A program made the position numbers and the translations under genes. From assembly GCF_009914755.1 (NCBI RefSeq), contig NC_060947.1: a stretch of 64,000 bases of DNA; one strand, 5' to 3'. Positions 1 through 13,300 of the stretch are shown piece by piece. This DNA comes from the human T2T-CHM13v2.0 reference genome, Homo sapiens. The notes beneath the pieces were generated by a model. It was not told the DNA's origin and searched no databases. It was given only the letters and a program-made list of their open reading frames with translations. Within the stretch, counting starts at the first letter, position 1. Each line of letters begins with the position of its first letter.

Positions 1-118
1 GCCAAAAGAATAGTTCAAAACTGCTCTATGAAAAGCAATGTTAAACTCTGTGGCTCGAACACAAACATCACAAAGCAGTTTCTGAGAATGCTTCAGTTTA
101 GTTTTTCTGTGGAAATAT

Positions 119-135
119 TCCCGTTTCCAAAGAAA
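119..135 (-). other. Degenerate CENP-B box (also at 970-986 and 1141-1157, and at the same positions in every HOR)
   Basis: TCCCGTTTCCAAAGAAA, TCCCGTTTCCAGTGAAA and AGACGTTTCAAACGAAG each lack at least one core base of NCCCGNNTNNNNCGAAN. Confidence 0.8.
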
Positions 136-289
136 TCTTCAAAGAGGTCCACGCATCCACTTACAGATTCTACAAAAAGACAGTTTCAAAACTGCTCAAT
201 CAAAAGGAGGGTTCAACTGTGTGACTTGAATGCAATCATCACTCAGAAGTTTCTGAGAACGCTTCTCTTTAGTTTTTACGTGAACATAT

Positions 290-306
290 ACCCGTTTCGA
301 ACGAAG
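290..306 (-). promoter_or_regulatory. CENP-B box (variant that keeps the 9 core bases); one per HOR
   Basis: Plus strand ACCCGTTTCGAACGAAG fits the reverse complement of the core NTTCGNNNNANNCGGGN. Confidence 0.8.
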
Positions 307-456
307 GCCAGCCAGTGGTCCAAATATCCACTTGCAGATTCTACAGAAAGAGTGTTTCGAACCTGAACTCTCAGAGGCAGGTTCATCTCTGCGAGTTCAA
401 TGCATTCATCATGAAGAACTTTCTCAGCGTGTTTGTGTTTAGTTATGGGAAATTAT

Positions 457-473
457 TCCCGTTTCCAACGAAA
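457..473 (-). promoter_or_regulatory. CENP-B box (canonical); one per HOR, broken in some copies
   Basis: Plus strand TCCCGTTTCCAACGAAA is the reverse complement of TTTCGTTGGAAACGGGA. Confidence 0.92.
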
Positions 474-798
474 TCCTCAGAGAGGTCCAAATATCCACCT
501 GCAGATTCTACCAAAAGTGTATTTGGAAACTGCTCTATCAAAAGGCATGTTCAGCTCTGTGAGTGAAACTCCATCATCACAAAGAATATTCTGAGAATGC
601 TTCCGTTTGCCTTTTATATGAAGTTCCTTCCTATACTACCGTAGGCCTCAAAGCAGTCCAAATCTCCATTTGCAGATTCTACAAAAAGAGTGATTCCAAT
701 GTGCTCTATCAATAGGATTGTTCAACTCCATGAGTTGAATGCCATCCTCACAAAGTCGTTTCTGAGAATGCTTCTATCTAGTTTTTATGTGAAGATAT

Positions 799-815
799 TT
801 CCTTTTCCACCACAG
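799..815 (-). other. A-type (pJalpha-like) box; five per HOR (628, 799, 1478, 1649, 2004 in copy 1)
   Basis: TTCCTTTTCCACCACAG-like sequence sits at the position homologous to the CENP-B box. Confidence 0.75.
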
Positions 816-1306
816 GCCTCAAAGCCCTCCAAACGTCCACTTGCAGATTCTCGAAAAAGAGTGTTTCATAGCTGCTCTTTCAAAAGGAAAGTTCAACTCT
901 GGGAGTTGAATACAAACATCACAAAGTAGTTTCCGAGAATGCTTCTGTTTAGTTCTTATGTGAAGATGATCCCGTTTCCAGTGAAATCTTCAAAGAGGTC
1001 CACATATCCCCTTGCAGATTCCAAAGAAAGAGGGTTTCAAAACTGCTCCATCAAAAGGATTGTTCAACTCTGTGAGTTGAATGCAGTCATCGCAGAAAAC
1101 TTTCTGAGAATGCTTCTGTCTAGGTTTGAGGTGAAGATATAGACGTTTCAAACGAAGGCTACAAAGTGGTCAAAATATACACTTGCAGATTCTACTACAA
1201 GGGTGATGCAAACCTGAACTATCAAAGAAGGTTCAACTCTGTGAGTTGAATACAAACATCACAAAGAATGTTCTGAGTTTGCTTCCGTTCAGTTATGGGA
1301 AGTTGA

Positions 1307-1323
1307 TCCCGTTTCCAACGAAA
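1307..1323 (-). promoter_or_regulatory. CENP-B box (canonical); one per HOR
   Basis: Plus strand TCCCGTTTCCAACGAAA; pentamer paralogue of the box at 457. Confidence 0.92.
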
Positions 1324-3873
1324 TCATCAGAGAGGTCCAAATATCCCCTTGCAGATTCTACAAAACGTGTGTTTGGAAACTGCTCCATCATAACGAATGT
1401 TCAGCTCTCTGAGTTAAACTCCATCGTCACAAAGAATTTTCTGAGAGTGCTACCGTCTAGTTTTTATATGAAGTTCTTTCCTTTACTACCACAGGCCTCA
1501 AAGCGGTCCAAATCTCCACTTGCAGATTCTACAAAAAGAGTGTTTGCAAACTGCTCTATCAAAAGGAATGTTCAACTCTGGGAGTTGAATGCAATCATCA
1601 CAGAGCAGTTTCTGAGAATGCTTCTATGTCGTTTTTAGGAGAAGATATTTCCTTTTCCAACACAGTCCTCCAAGCCCGCTACATATCCACTTGCACATTA
1701 TAGAAAAAGTGTGTCGAAGCTGCGCTATCAAAGGGAAAGTTCAACTCTGTGAGGTGAATGCAAACATCCCAAAGAAGTTTCTGAGAATGCTTCCGTTTTG
1801 CTTTTAAGTGAAGATTATCCCGTTGGCAACGAAATCTTCAAAGAGGTCCAAATATCCCCTTGCGGATCCCACAGAAAGAGTGTTTCGAAACTGCTGTTTC
1901 AAAAGGAATCTTCAACTCTGTGAGTTGAATGCAATCATCACAAAGAAGTTTCTGACAATGCTTCTCTCTCGTCTTTCTGTGAAGATAAAGGAAAAGGCTT
2001 TCAGGCCTTTTCCACCACAGGCCTGAAAGTGCTCCAAATGTCCACTTGCAGATTCTGCCAAAAGAATATTTCAAAACTGCTCTATGAAAAGCAATGTTAA
2101 ACTCTGTGGCTCGAACACAAACATCACAAAGCAGTTTCTGAGAATGCTTCAGTTTAGTTTTTCTGTGGAAATATTCCCGTTTCCAAAGAAATCTTCAAAG
2201 AGGTCCACGCATCCACTTACAGATTCTACAAAAAGACGGTTTCAAAACTGCTCAATCAAAAGGAGGGTTCAACTGTGTGACTTGAATGCAATCATCACTC
2301 AGAAGTTTCTGAGAACGCTTCTCTTTAGTTTTTACGTGAACATATACCCGTTTCGAACGAAGGCCACCCAGTGGTCCAAATATCCACTTGCAGATTCTAC
2401 AGAAAGAGTGTTTCGAACCTGAACTCTCAAAGGCAGGTTCATCTCTGCGACTTCAATGCATTCATCATGAAGAACTTTCTCAGCGTATTTGTGTTTAGGT
2501 ATGGGAAATTATTCCCGTTTCCAACGAAATCCTCAGAGAGGTCCAAATATCCACCTGCAGATTCTACCAAAAGTGTATTTGGAAACTGCTCCATGAAAAG
2601 GCATGTTCAGCTCTGTGAGTGAAACTCCATCATCACAAAGAATATTCTGAGAATGCTTCCATTTGCCTTTTATATGAAGTTCCTTCCTATACTACCGTAG
2701 GCCTCAAAGCAGTCCAAATCTCCATTTGCAGATTCTACAAAAAGAGTGATTCCAATCTGCTCTATCAATAGGATTGTTCAACTCCATGAGTTGAATGCCA
2801 TCCTCACAAAGTCGTTTCTGAGAATGCTTCTATCTAGTTTTTATGTGAAGATATTTCCTTTTCCACCACAGGCCTCAAAGCCCTCCAAACGTCCACTTGC
2901 AGATTCTCGAAAAAGTGTGTTTCATAGCTGCTCTTTCAAAAGGAAAGTTCAACTCTGGGAGTTGAATACAAACATCACAAAGTAGTTTCCGAGAATGCTT
3001 CTGTTTAGTTCTTATGTGAAGATGATCCTGTTTCCAGTGAAACCTTCAAAGAGGTCCACATATCCCCTTGCAGATTCCAAAGAAAGAGGGTTTCAAAACT
3101 GCTCCAACAAAAGGATTGTTCAACTCTGTGAGTTGAATGCAGTCATCGCAGAAAACTTTCTGAGAATGCTTCTGTCTAGGTTTGAGGTGAAGATATAGAC
3201 GTTTCAAACGAAGGCTACAAAGTGTTCAAAATATACACTTGCAGATTCTACTACAAGGGTGATGCAAACCTGAACTATCAAAGGAAGGTTCAACTCTGTG
3301 AGTTGAATACAAACATCACAAAGAATGTTCTGAGTTTGCTTCCGTTCAGTTATGGGAAGTTGATCCCGTTTCCAACGAAATCCTCAGAGAGGTCCAAATA
3401 TCCCCTTGCAGATTCTACAAAACGTGTGTTTGGAAACTGCTCCATCATAACGAATGTTCAGCTCTCTGAGTTAAACTCCATCGTCACAAAGAATTTTCTG
3501 AGGGTGCTACCGTCTAGTTTTTATATGAAGTTCTTTCCTTTACTACCACAGGCCTCAAAGCGGTCCAAATCTCCACTTGCAGATTCTACAAAAAGAGTGT
3601 TTGCAAACTGCTCTATCAAAAGGAATGTTCAACTCTGGGAGTTGAATGCAATCATCACAGAGCAGTTTCTGAGAATGCTTCTATGTCGTTTTTAGGAGAA
3701 GACATTTCCTTTTCCAACACAGTCCTCCAAGCCCGCTAAATATCCACTTGCACATTGTAGAAAAAGTGTGTCGAAGCTGCGCTATCAAAGGGAAAGTTCA
3801 ACTCTGTGAGGTGAATGCAAACATCCCAAAGAAGTTTCTGAGAATGCTTCCGTTTAGCTTTAAGTGAAGATTA

Positions 3874-3890
3874 TCCCGTTTCCAACGAAA
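3874..3890 (-). promoter_or_regulatory. CENP-B box (canonical) just upstream of the BamHI site; one per HOR, mutated in copies 1, 3, 6, 8 and 9
   Basis: TCCCGTTTCCAACGAAA in copy 2; the same position in copy 1 (1818-1834) reads TCCCGTTGGCAACGAAA. Confidence 0.9.
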
Positions 3891-4045
3891 TCTTCAAAGA
3901 GGTCCAAATATCCCCTTGCGGATCCCACAGAAAGAGTGTTTCGAAACTGCTGTTTCAAAAGGAATCTTCAACTCTGTGAGTTGAATGCAATCATCACAAA
4001 GAAGTTTCTGACAATGCTTCTCTCTCGTCTTTCTGTGAAGATAAA

Positions 4046-4086
4046 GGAAAAGGCTTTCAGGCCTTTTCCACCACAGGCCTGAAAGC
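4046..4086. repeat. Two overlapping inverted repeats (9-bp and 12-bp arms) in the 186-bp monomer; once per HOR
   Basis: GGAAAAGGC (4046-4054) pairs with GCCTTTTCC (4061-4069). GCTTTCAGGCCT (4053-4064) pairs with AGGCCTGAAAGC (4075-4086). Confidence 0.9.
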
Positions 4087-7000
4087 GCTCCAAATGTCCA
4101 CTTGCAGATTCTGCCAAAAGAATAGTTCAAAACTGCTCTATGAAAAGCAATGTTAAACTCTGTGGCTCGAACACAAACATCACAAAGCAGTTTCTGAGAA
4201 TGCTTCAGTTTAGTTTTTCTGTGGAAATATTCCCGTTTCCAAAGAAATCTTCAAAGAGGTCCACGCATCCACTTACAGATTCTACAAAAAGACAGTTTCA
4301 AAACTGCTCAATCAAAAGGAGGATTCAACTGTGTGACTTGAATGCAATCATCACTCAGAAGTTTCTGAGAACGCTTCTCTTTAGTTTTTACGTGAACATA
4401 TACCCGTTTCGAACGAAGGCCAGCCAGTGGTCCAAATATCCACTTGCAGATTCTACAGAAAGAGTGTTTCGAACCTGAACTCTCAGAGGCAGGTTCATCT
4501 CTGCGAGTTCAATGCATTCATCATGAAGAACTTTCTCAGCGTGTTTGTGTTTAGTTATGGGAAATTATTCCCGTTTCCAACGAAATCCTCAGAGAGGTCC
4601 AAATATCCACCTGCAGATTCTACCAAAAGTGTATTTGGAAACTGCTCCATCAAAAGGCATGTTCAGCTCTGTGAGTGAAACTCCATCATCACAAAGAATA
4701 TTCTGAGAATGCTTCCGTTTGCCTTTTATATGAAGTTCCTTCCTATACTACCGTAGGCCTCAAAGCAGTCCAAATCTCCATTTGCAGATTCTACAAAAAG
4801 AGTGATTCCAATGTGCTCTATCAATAGGATTGTTCAACTCCATGAGTTGAATGCCATCCTCACAAAGTCGTTTCTGAGAATGCTTCTATCTAGTTTTTAT
4901 GTGAAGATATTTCCTTTTCCACCACAGGCCTCAAAGCCCTCCAAACGTCCACTTGCAGATTCTCGAAAAAGAGTGTTTCATAGCTGCTCTTTCAAAAGGA
5001 AAGTTCAACTCTGGGAGTTGAATACAAACATCACAAAGTAGTTTCCGAGAATGCTTCTGTTTAGTTCTTATGTGAAGATGATCCCGTTTCCAGTGAAATC
5101 TTCAAAGAGGTCCACATATCCCCTTGCAGATTCCAAAGAAAGAGGGTTTCAAAACTGCTCCATCAAAAGGATTGTTCAACTCTGTGAGTTGAATGCAGTC
5201 ATCGCAGAAAACTTTCTGAGAATGCTTCTGTCTAGGTTTGAGGTGAAGATATAGACGTTTCAAACGAAGGCTACAAAGTGGTCAACATATACACTTGCAG
5301 ATTCTACTACAAGGGTGATGCAAACCTGAACTATCAAAGGAAGGTTCAACTCTGTGAGTTGAATACAAACATCACAAAGAATGTTCTGAGTTTGCTTCCG
5401 TTCAGTTATGGGAAGTTGATCCCGTTTCCAACGAAATCCTCAGAGAGGTCCAAATATCCCCTTGCAGATTCTACAAAACGTGTGTTTGGAAACTGCTCCA
5501 TCATAACGAATGTTCAGCTCTCTGAGTTAAACTCCATCGTCACAAAGAATTTTCTGAGAGTGCTACCGTCTAGTTTTTATATGAAGTTCTTTCCTTTACT
5601 ACCACAGGCCTCAAAGCGGTCCAAATCTCCACTTGCAGATTCTACAAAAAGAGTGTTTGCAAACTGCTCTATCAAAAGGAATGTTCAACTCTGGGAGTTG
5701 AATGCAATCATCACAGAGCAGTTTCTGAGAATGCTTCTATGTCGTTTTTAGGAGAAGATATTTCCTTTTCCAACACAGTCCTCCAAGCCCGCTACATATC
5801 CACTTGCACATTATAGAAAAAGTGTGTCGAAGCTGCGCTATCAAAGGGAAAGTTCAACTCTGTGAGGTGAATGCAAACATCCCAAAGAAGTTTCTGAGAA
5901 TGCTTCCGTTTTGCTTTTAAGTGAAGATTATCCCGTTGGCAACGAAATCTTCAAAGAGGTCCAAATATCCCCTTGCGGATCCCACAGAAAGAGTGTTTCG
6001 AAACTGCTGTTTCAAAAGGAATCTTCAACTCTGTGAGTTGAATGCAATCATCACAAAGAAGTTTCTGACAATGCTTCTCTCTCGTCTTTCTGTGAAGATA
6101 AAGGAAAAGGCTTTCAGGCCTTTTCCACCACAGGCCTGAAAGTGCTCCAAATGTCCACTTGCAGATTCTGCCAAAAGAATATTTCAAAACTGCTCTATGA
6201 AAAGCAATGTTAAACTCTGTGGCTCGAACACAAACATCACAAAGCAGTTTCTGAGAATGCTTCAGTTTAGTTTTTCTGTGGAAATATTCCCGTTTCCAAA
6301 GAAATCTTCAAAGAGGTCCACGCATCCACTTACAGATTCTACAAAAAGACAGTTTCAAAACTGCTCAATCAAAAGGAGGGTTCAACTGTGTGACTTGAAT
6401 GCAATCATCACTCAGAAGTTTCTGAGAACGCTTCTCTTTAGTTTTTACGTGAACATATACCCGTTTCGAACGAAGGCCACCCAGTGGTCCAAATATCCAC
6501 TTGCAGATTCTACAGAAAGTGTGTTTCGAACCTGAACTCTCAAAGGCAGGTTCATCTCTGCGAGTTCAATGCATTCATCATGAAGAACTTTCTCAGCGTA
6601 TTTGTGTTTAGGTATGGGAAATTATTCCCGTTTCCAACGAAATCCTCAGAGAGGTCCAAATATCCACCTGCAGATTCTACCAAAAGTGTATTTGGAAACT
6701 GCTCCATGAAAAGGCATGTTCAGCTCTGTGAGTGAAACTCCATCATCACAAAGAATATTCTGAGAATGCTTCCATTTGCCTTTTATATGAAGTTCCTTCC
6801 TATACTACCGTAGGCCTCAAAGCAGTCCAAATCTCCATTTGCAGATTCTACAAAAAGAGTGATTCCAATCTGCTCTATCAATAGGATTGTTCAACTCCAT
6901 GAGTTGAATGCCATCCTCACAAAGTCGTTTCTGAGAATGCTTCTATCTAGTTTTTATGTGAAGATATTTCCTTTTCCACCACAGGCCTCAAAGCCCTCCA

Positions 7001-7344
7001 AACGTCCACTTGCAGATTCTCGAAAAAGAGTGTTTCATAGCTGCTCTTTCAAAAGGAAAGTTCAACTCTGGGAGTTGAATACAAACATCACAAAGTAGTT
7101 TCCGAGAATGCTTCTGTTTAGTTCTTCTGTGAAGATGATCCCGTTTCCAGTGAAATCTTCAAAGAGGTCCACATATCCCCTTGCAGATTCCAAAGAAAGA
7201 GGGTTTCAAAACTGCTCCATCAAAAGGATTGTTCAACTCTGTGAGTTGAATGCAGTCATCGCAGAAAACTTTCTGAGAATGCTTCTGTCTAGGTTTGAGG
7301 TGAAGATATAGACGTTTCAAACGAAGGCTACAAAGTGTTCAAAA

Positions 7345-10300
7345 TATACACTTGCAGATTCTACTACAAGGGTGATGCAAACCTGAACTATCAAAGGAAG
7401 GTTCAACTCTGTGAGTTGAATACAAACATCACAAAGAATGTTCTGAGTTTGCTTCCGTTCAGTTATGGGAAGTTGATCCCGTTTCCAACGAAATCCTCAG
7501 AGAGGTCCAAATATCCCCTTGCAGATTCTACAAAACGTGTGTTTGGAAACTGCTCCATCATAACGAATGTTCAGCTCTCTGAGTTAAACTCCATCGTCAC
7601 AAAGAATTTTCTGAGGGTGCTACCGTCTAGTTTTTATATGAAGTTCTTTCCTTTACTACCACAGGCCTCAAAGCAGTCCAAATCTCCACTTGCAGATTCT
7701 ACAAAAAAGTGTTTGCAAACTGCTCTATCAAAAGGAATGTTCAACTCTGGGAGTTGAATGCAATCATCACAGAGCAGTTTCTGAGAATGCTTCTATGTCG
7801 TTTTTAGGAGAAGATATTTCCTTTTCCAACACAGTCCTCCAAGCCCGCTAAATATCCACTTGCACATTGTAGAAAAAGTGTGTCGAAGCTGCGCTATCAA
7901 AGGGAAAGTTCAACTCTGTGAGGTGAATGCAAACATCCCAAAGAAGTTTCTGAGAATGCTTCCGTTTAGCTTTTAGGTGAAGATTATCCCGTTTCCAACG
8001 AAATCTTCAAAGAGGTCCAAATATCCCCTTGCGGATCCCACAGAAAGAGTGTTTCGAAACTGCTGTTTCAAAAGGAATCTTCAACTCTGTGAGTTGAATG
8101 CAATCATCACAAAGAAGTTTCTGACAATGCTTCTCTCTCGTCTTTCTGTGAAGATAAAGGAAAAGGCTTTCAGGCCTTTTCCACCACAGGCCTGAAAGCG
8201 CTCCAAATGTCCACTTGCAGATTCTGCCAAAAGAATATTTCAAAACTGCTCTATGAAAAGCAATGTTAAACTCTGTGGCTCGAACACAAACATCACAAAG
8301 CAGTTTCTGAGAATGCTTCAGTTTAGTTTTTCTGTGGAAATATTCCCGTTTCCAAAGAAATCTTCAAAGAGGTCCACGCATCCACTTACAGATTCTACAA
8401 AAAGACAGTTTCAAAACTGCTCAATCAAAAGGAGGGTTCAACTGTGTGACTTGAATGCAATCATCACTCAGAAGTTTATGAGAACGCTTCTCTTTAGTTT
8501 TTACATGAACATATACCCGTTTCGAACGAAGGCCAGCCAGTGGTCCAAATATCCACTTGCAGATTCTACAGAAAGAGTGTTTCGAACCTGAACTCTCAAA
8601 GGCAGGTTCATCTCTGCGAGTTCAATGCATTCATCATGAAGAACTTTCTCAGCGTGTTTGTGTTTAGTTATGGGAAATTATTCCCGTTTCCAACGAAAGC
8701 CTCAGAGAGCTCCAAATATCCACCTGCAGATTCTACCAAAAGTGTATTTGGAAACTGCTCCATCAAAAGGCATGTTCAGCTCTGTGAGTGAAACTCCATC
8801 ATCACAAAGAATATTCTGAGAATGCTTCCGTTTGCCTTTTATATGAAGTTCCTTCCTATACTACCGTAGGCCTCAAAGCAGTCCAAATCTCCATTTGCAG
8901 ATTCTACAAAAAGAGTGATTCCAATCTGCTCTATCAACAGGATTGTTCAACTCCATGAGTTGAACGCCATCCTCACAAAGTCGTTTCTGAGAATGCTTCT
9001 ATCTAGTTTTTATGTGAAGATATTTCCTTTTCCACCACAGGCCTCAAAGCCCTCCAAACGCCCACTTGCAGATTCTCGAAAAAGTGTGTTTCATAGCTGC
9101 TCTTTCAAAAGGAAAGTTCAACTCTGGGAGTTGAATACAAACATCACAAAGTAGTTTCCGAGAATGCTTCTGTTTAGTTCTTATGTGAAGATGATCCTGT
9201 TTCCAGTGAAACCTTCAAAGAGGTCCACATATCCCCTTGCAGATTCCAAAGAAAGAGGGTTTCAAAACTGCTCCATCAAAAGGATTGTTCAACTCTGTGA
9301 GTTGAATGCAGTCATCGCAGAAAACTTTCTGAGAATGCTTCTGTCTAGGTTTGAGGTGAAGATATAGACGTTTCAAACGAAGGCTACAAAGTGTTCAAAA
9401 TATACACTTGCAGATTCTACTACAAGGGTGATGCAAACCTGAACTATCAAAGGAAGGTTCAACTCTGTGTGTTGAATACAAACATCACAAAGAATGTTCT
9501 GAGTTTGCTTCCGTTCAGTTATGGGAAGTTGATCCCGTTTCCAACGAAATCCTCAGAGAGGTCCAAATATCCCCTTGCAGATTCTACAAAACTTGTGTTT
9601 GGAAACTGCTCCATCATAACGAACGTTCAGCTCTCTGAGTTAAACTCCATCGTCACAAAGAATTTTCTGAGAGTGCTACCGTCTAGTTTTTATATGAAGT
9701 TCTTTCCGTTACTACCACAGGCCTCAAAGCGGTCCAAATCTCCACTTGCAGATTCTACAAAAAGAGTGTTTGCAAACTGCTCTATCAAAAGGAATGTTCA
9801 ACTCTGGGAGTTGAATGCAATCATCACAGAGCAGTTTCTGAGAATGCTTCTATGTCGTTTTTAGGAGAAGATATTTCCTTTTCCAACACAGTCCTCCAAG
9901 CCCGCTAAATATCCACTTGCACATTGTAGAAAAAGTGTGTCGAAGCTGCGCTATCAAAGGGAAAGTTCAACTCTGTGAGGTGAATGCAAACATCCCAAAG
10001 AAGTTTCTGAGAATGCTTCCGTTTAGCTTTTAGGTGAAGATTATCCCGTTTCCAACGAAATCTTCAAAGAGGTCCAAATATCCCCTTGCGGATCCCACAG
10101 AAAGAGTGTTTCGAAACTGCTGTTTCAAAAGGAATCTTCAACTCTGTGAGTTGAATGCAATCATCACAAAGAAGTTTCTGACAATGCTTCTCTCTCGTCT
10201 TTCTGTGAAGATAAAGGAAAAGGCTTTCAGGCCTTTTCCACCACAGGCCTGAAAGCGCTCCAAATGTCCACTTGCAGATTCTGCCAAAAGAATATTTCAA

Positions 10301-13300
10301 AACTGCTCTATGAAAAGCAATGTTAAACTCTGTGGCTCGAACACAAACATCACAAAGCAGTTTCTGAGAATGCTTCAGTTTAGTTTTTCTGTGGAAATAT
10401 TCCCGTTTCCAAAGAAATCTTCAAAGAGTTCCACGCATCCACTTACAGATTCTACAAAATACAGTTTCAAAACTGCTCAATCAAAAGGAGGGTTCAACTG
10501 TGTGACTTGAATGCAATCATCACTCAGAAGTTTCTGAGAACGCTTCTCTTTAGTTTTTACGTGAACATATACCCGTTTCGAACGAAGGCCAGCCAGTGGT
10601 CCAAATATCCACTTGCAGATTCTACAGAAAGAGTGTTTCGAACCTGAACTCTCAAAGGCAGGTTCATCTCTGCGAGTTCAATGCATTCATCATGAAGAAC
10701 TTTCTCAGCGTGTTTGTGTTTATGTATGGGAAATTATTCCCGTTTCCAACGAAATCCTCAGAGAGGTCCAAATATCCACCTGCAGATTCTACCAAAAGTG
10801 TATTTGGAAACTGCTCCATGAAAAGGCATGTTCAGCTCTGTGAGTGAAACTCCATCATCACAAAGAATATTCTGAGAATGCTTCCGTTTGCCTTTTATAT
10901 GAAGTTCCTTCCTATACGACCGTAGGCCTCAAAGCAGTCCAAATCTCCATTTGCAGATTCTACAAAAAGAGTGATTCCAATCTGCTCTATCAATAGGATT
11001 GTTCAACTCCATGAGTTGAATGCCATCCTCCAAAGTCGTTTCTGAGAATGCTTCTATCTAGTTTTTATGTGAAGATATTTCCTTTTCCACCACAGGCCTC
11101 AAAGCCCTCCAAACGTCCACTTGCAGATTCTCGAAAAAGAGTGTTTCATAGCTGCTCTTTCAAAAGGAAAGTTCAACTCTGGGAGTTGAATACAAACATC
11201 ACAAAGTAGTTTCCGAGAATGCCTCTGTTTAGTTCTTATGTGAAGATGATCCCGTTTCCAGTGAAATCTTCAAAGAGGTCCACATATCCCCTTGCAGATT
11301 CCAAAGAAAGAGGGTTTCAAAACTGCTCCATCAAAAGGATTGTTCAACTCTGTGAGTTGAATGCAGTCATCGCAGAAAACTTTCTGAGAATGCTTCTGTC
11401 TAGGTTTGAGGTGAAGATATAGACGTTTCAAACGAAGGCTACAAAGTGGTCAAAATATACACTTGCAGATTCTACTACAAGGGTGATGCAAACCTGAACT
11501 ATCAAAGGAAGGTTCAACTCTGTGAGTTGAATACAAACATCACAAAGAATGTTCTGAGTTTGCTTCCGTTCAGTTATGGGAAGTTGATCCCGTTTCCAAC
11601 GAAATCCTCGGAGAGGTCCAAATATCCCCTTGCAGATTCTACAAAACGTGTGTTTGGAAACTGCTCCATCATAACGAATGTTCAGCTCTCTGAGTTAAAC
11701 TCCATCGTCACAAAGAATTTTCTGAGAGTGCTACCGTCTAGTTTTTATATGAAGTTCTTTCCTTTCCTACCACAGGCCTCAAAGCGGTCCAAATCTCCAC
11801 TTGCAGATTCTACAAAAAGAGTGTTTGCAAACTGCTCTATCAAAAGGAATGTTCAACTCTGGGAGTTGAATGCAATCATCACAGAGCAGTTTCTGAGAAT
11901 GCTTCTATGTCGTTTTTAGGAGAAGATATTTCCTTTTCCAACACAGTCCTCCAAGCCCGCTACATATCCACTTGCACATTGTAGAAAAAGTGTGTCGAAG
12001 CTGCGCTATCAAAGGGAAAGTTCAACTCTGTGAGGTGAATGCAAACATCCCAAAGAAGTTTCTGAGAATGCTTCCGTTTTGCTTTTAAGTGAAGATTATC
12101 CCGTTGGCAACGAAATCTTCAAAGAGGTCCAAATATCCCCTTGCGGATCCCACAGAAAGAGTGTTTCGAAACTGCTGTTTCAAAAGGAATCTTCAACTCT
12201 GTGAGTTGAATGCAATCATCACAAAGAAGTTTCTGACAATGCTTCTCTCTCGTCTTTCTGTGAAGATAAAGGAAAAGGCTTTCAGGCCTTTTCCACCACA
12301 GGCCTGAAAGTGCTCCAAATGTCCACTTGCAGATTCTGCCAAAAGAATATTTCAAAACTGCTCTATGAAAAGCAATGTTAAACTCTGTGGCTCGAACACA
12401 AACATCACAAAGCAGTTTCTGAGAATGCTTCAGTTTAGTTTTTCTGTGGAAATATTCCCGTTTCCAAAGAAATCTTCAAAGAGGTCCACACATCCACTTA
12501 CAGATTCTACAAAAAGACAGTTTCAAAACTGCTCAATCAAAAGGAGGGTTCAACTGTGTGACTTGAATGCAATCATCACTCAGAAGTTTCTGAGAACGCT
12601 TCTCTTTAGTTTTTACGTGAACATATACCCGTTTCGAAGGAAGGCCAGCCAGTGGTCCAAATATCCACTTGCAGATTCTACAGAAAGAGTGTTTCGAACC
12701 TGAACTCTCAAAGGCAGGTTCATCTCTGCGAGTTAAATGCATTCATCATGAAGAACTTTCTCAGCGTATTTGTGTTTAGGTATGGGAAATTATTCCCGTT
12801 TCCAACGAAATCCTCAGAGAGGTCCAAATATCCACCTGCAGATTCTACCAAAAGTGTATTTGGAAACTGCTCCATGAAAAGGCATGTGCAGCTCTGTGAG
12901 TGAAACTCCATCATCACAAAGAATATTCTGAGAATGCTTCCGTTTGCCTTTTATATGAAGTTCCTTCCTATACTACCGTAGGCCTCAAAGCAGTCCAAAT
13001 CTCCATTTGCAGATTCTACAAAAAGAGTGATTCCAATCTGCTCTATCAATAGGATTGTTCAACTCCATGAGTTGAATGCCATCCTCACAAAGTCGTTTCT
13101 GAGAATGCTTCTATCTAGTTTTTATGTGAAGATATTTCCTTTTCCACCACAGGCCTCAAAGCCCTCCAAACGTCCACTTGCAGATTCTCGAAAAAGAGTG
13201 TTTCATAGCTGCTCTTTCAAAAGGAAAGTTCAACTCTGGGAGGTGAATACAAACATCACAAAGTAGTTTCCGAGAATGCTTCTGTTTAGTTCTTATGTGA

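Larger units (their letters stand above)
119..2174 (-). repeat. Representative HOR unit: 12 monomers, box pattern B B B A A B B B A A B A (two pentamers plus a dimer)
   Basis: A/B-box positions in copy 1: 119, 290, 457, 628, 799, 970, 1141, 1307, 1478, 1649, 1818, 2004, next 2175. Canonical spacings 171,167,171,171,171,171,167,171,171,169,186,171 sum to 2057 (copy 1 has a 1-bp deletion). The two 167-bp intervals are five monomers apart, which shows the pentameric ancestry. Confidence 0.9.

Noticed and set aside
295-362. Short TTCGAA / TTTCGAAA palindromes, several per HOR
   Set aside because: These 6-8 bp dyads are too short to be meaningful alone and are one-base derivatives of the TTTCAAAA / TTCCAA monomer consensus.
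1990-2030. Hairpin read as a rho-independent terminator or structured RNA gene
   Set aside because: This is primate satellite DNA, with no upstream gene and no U-tract after either stem. It is kept only as an inverted-repeat observation.
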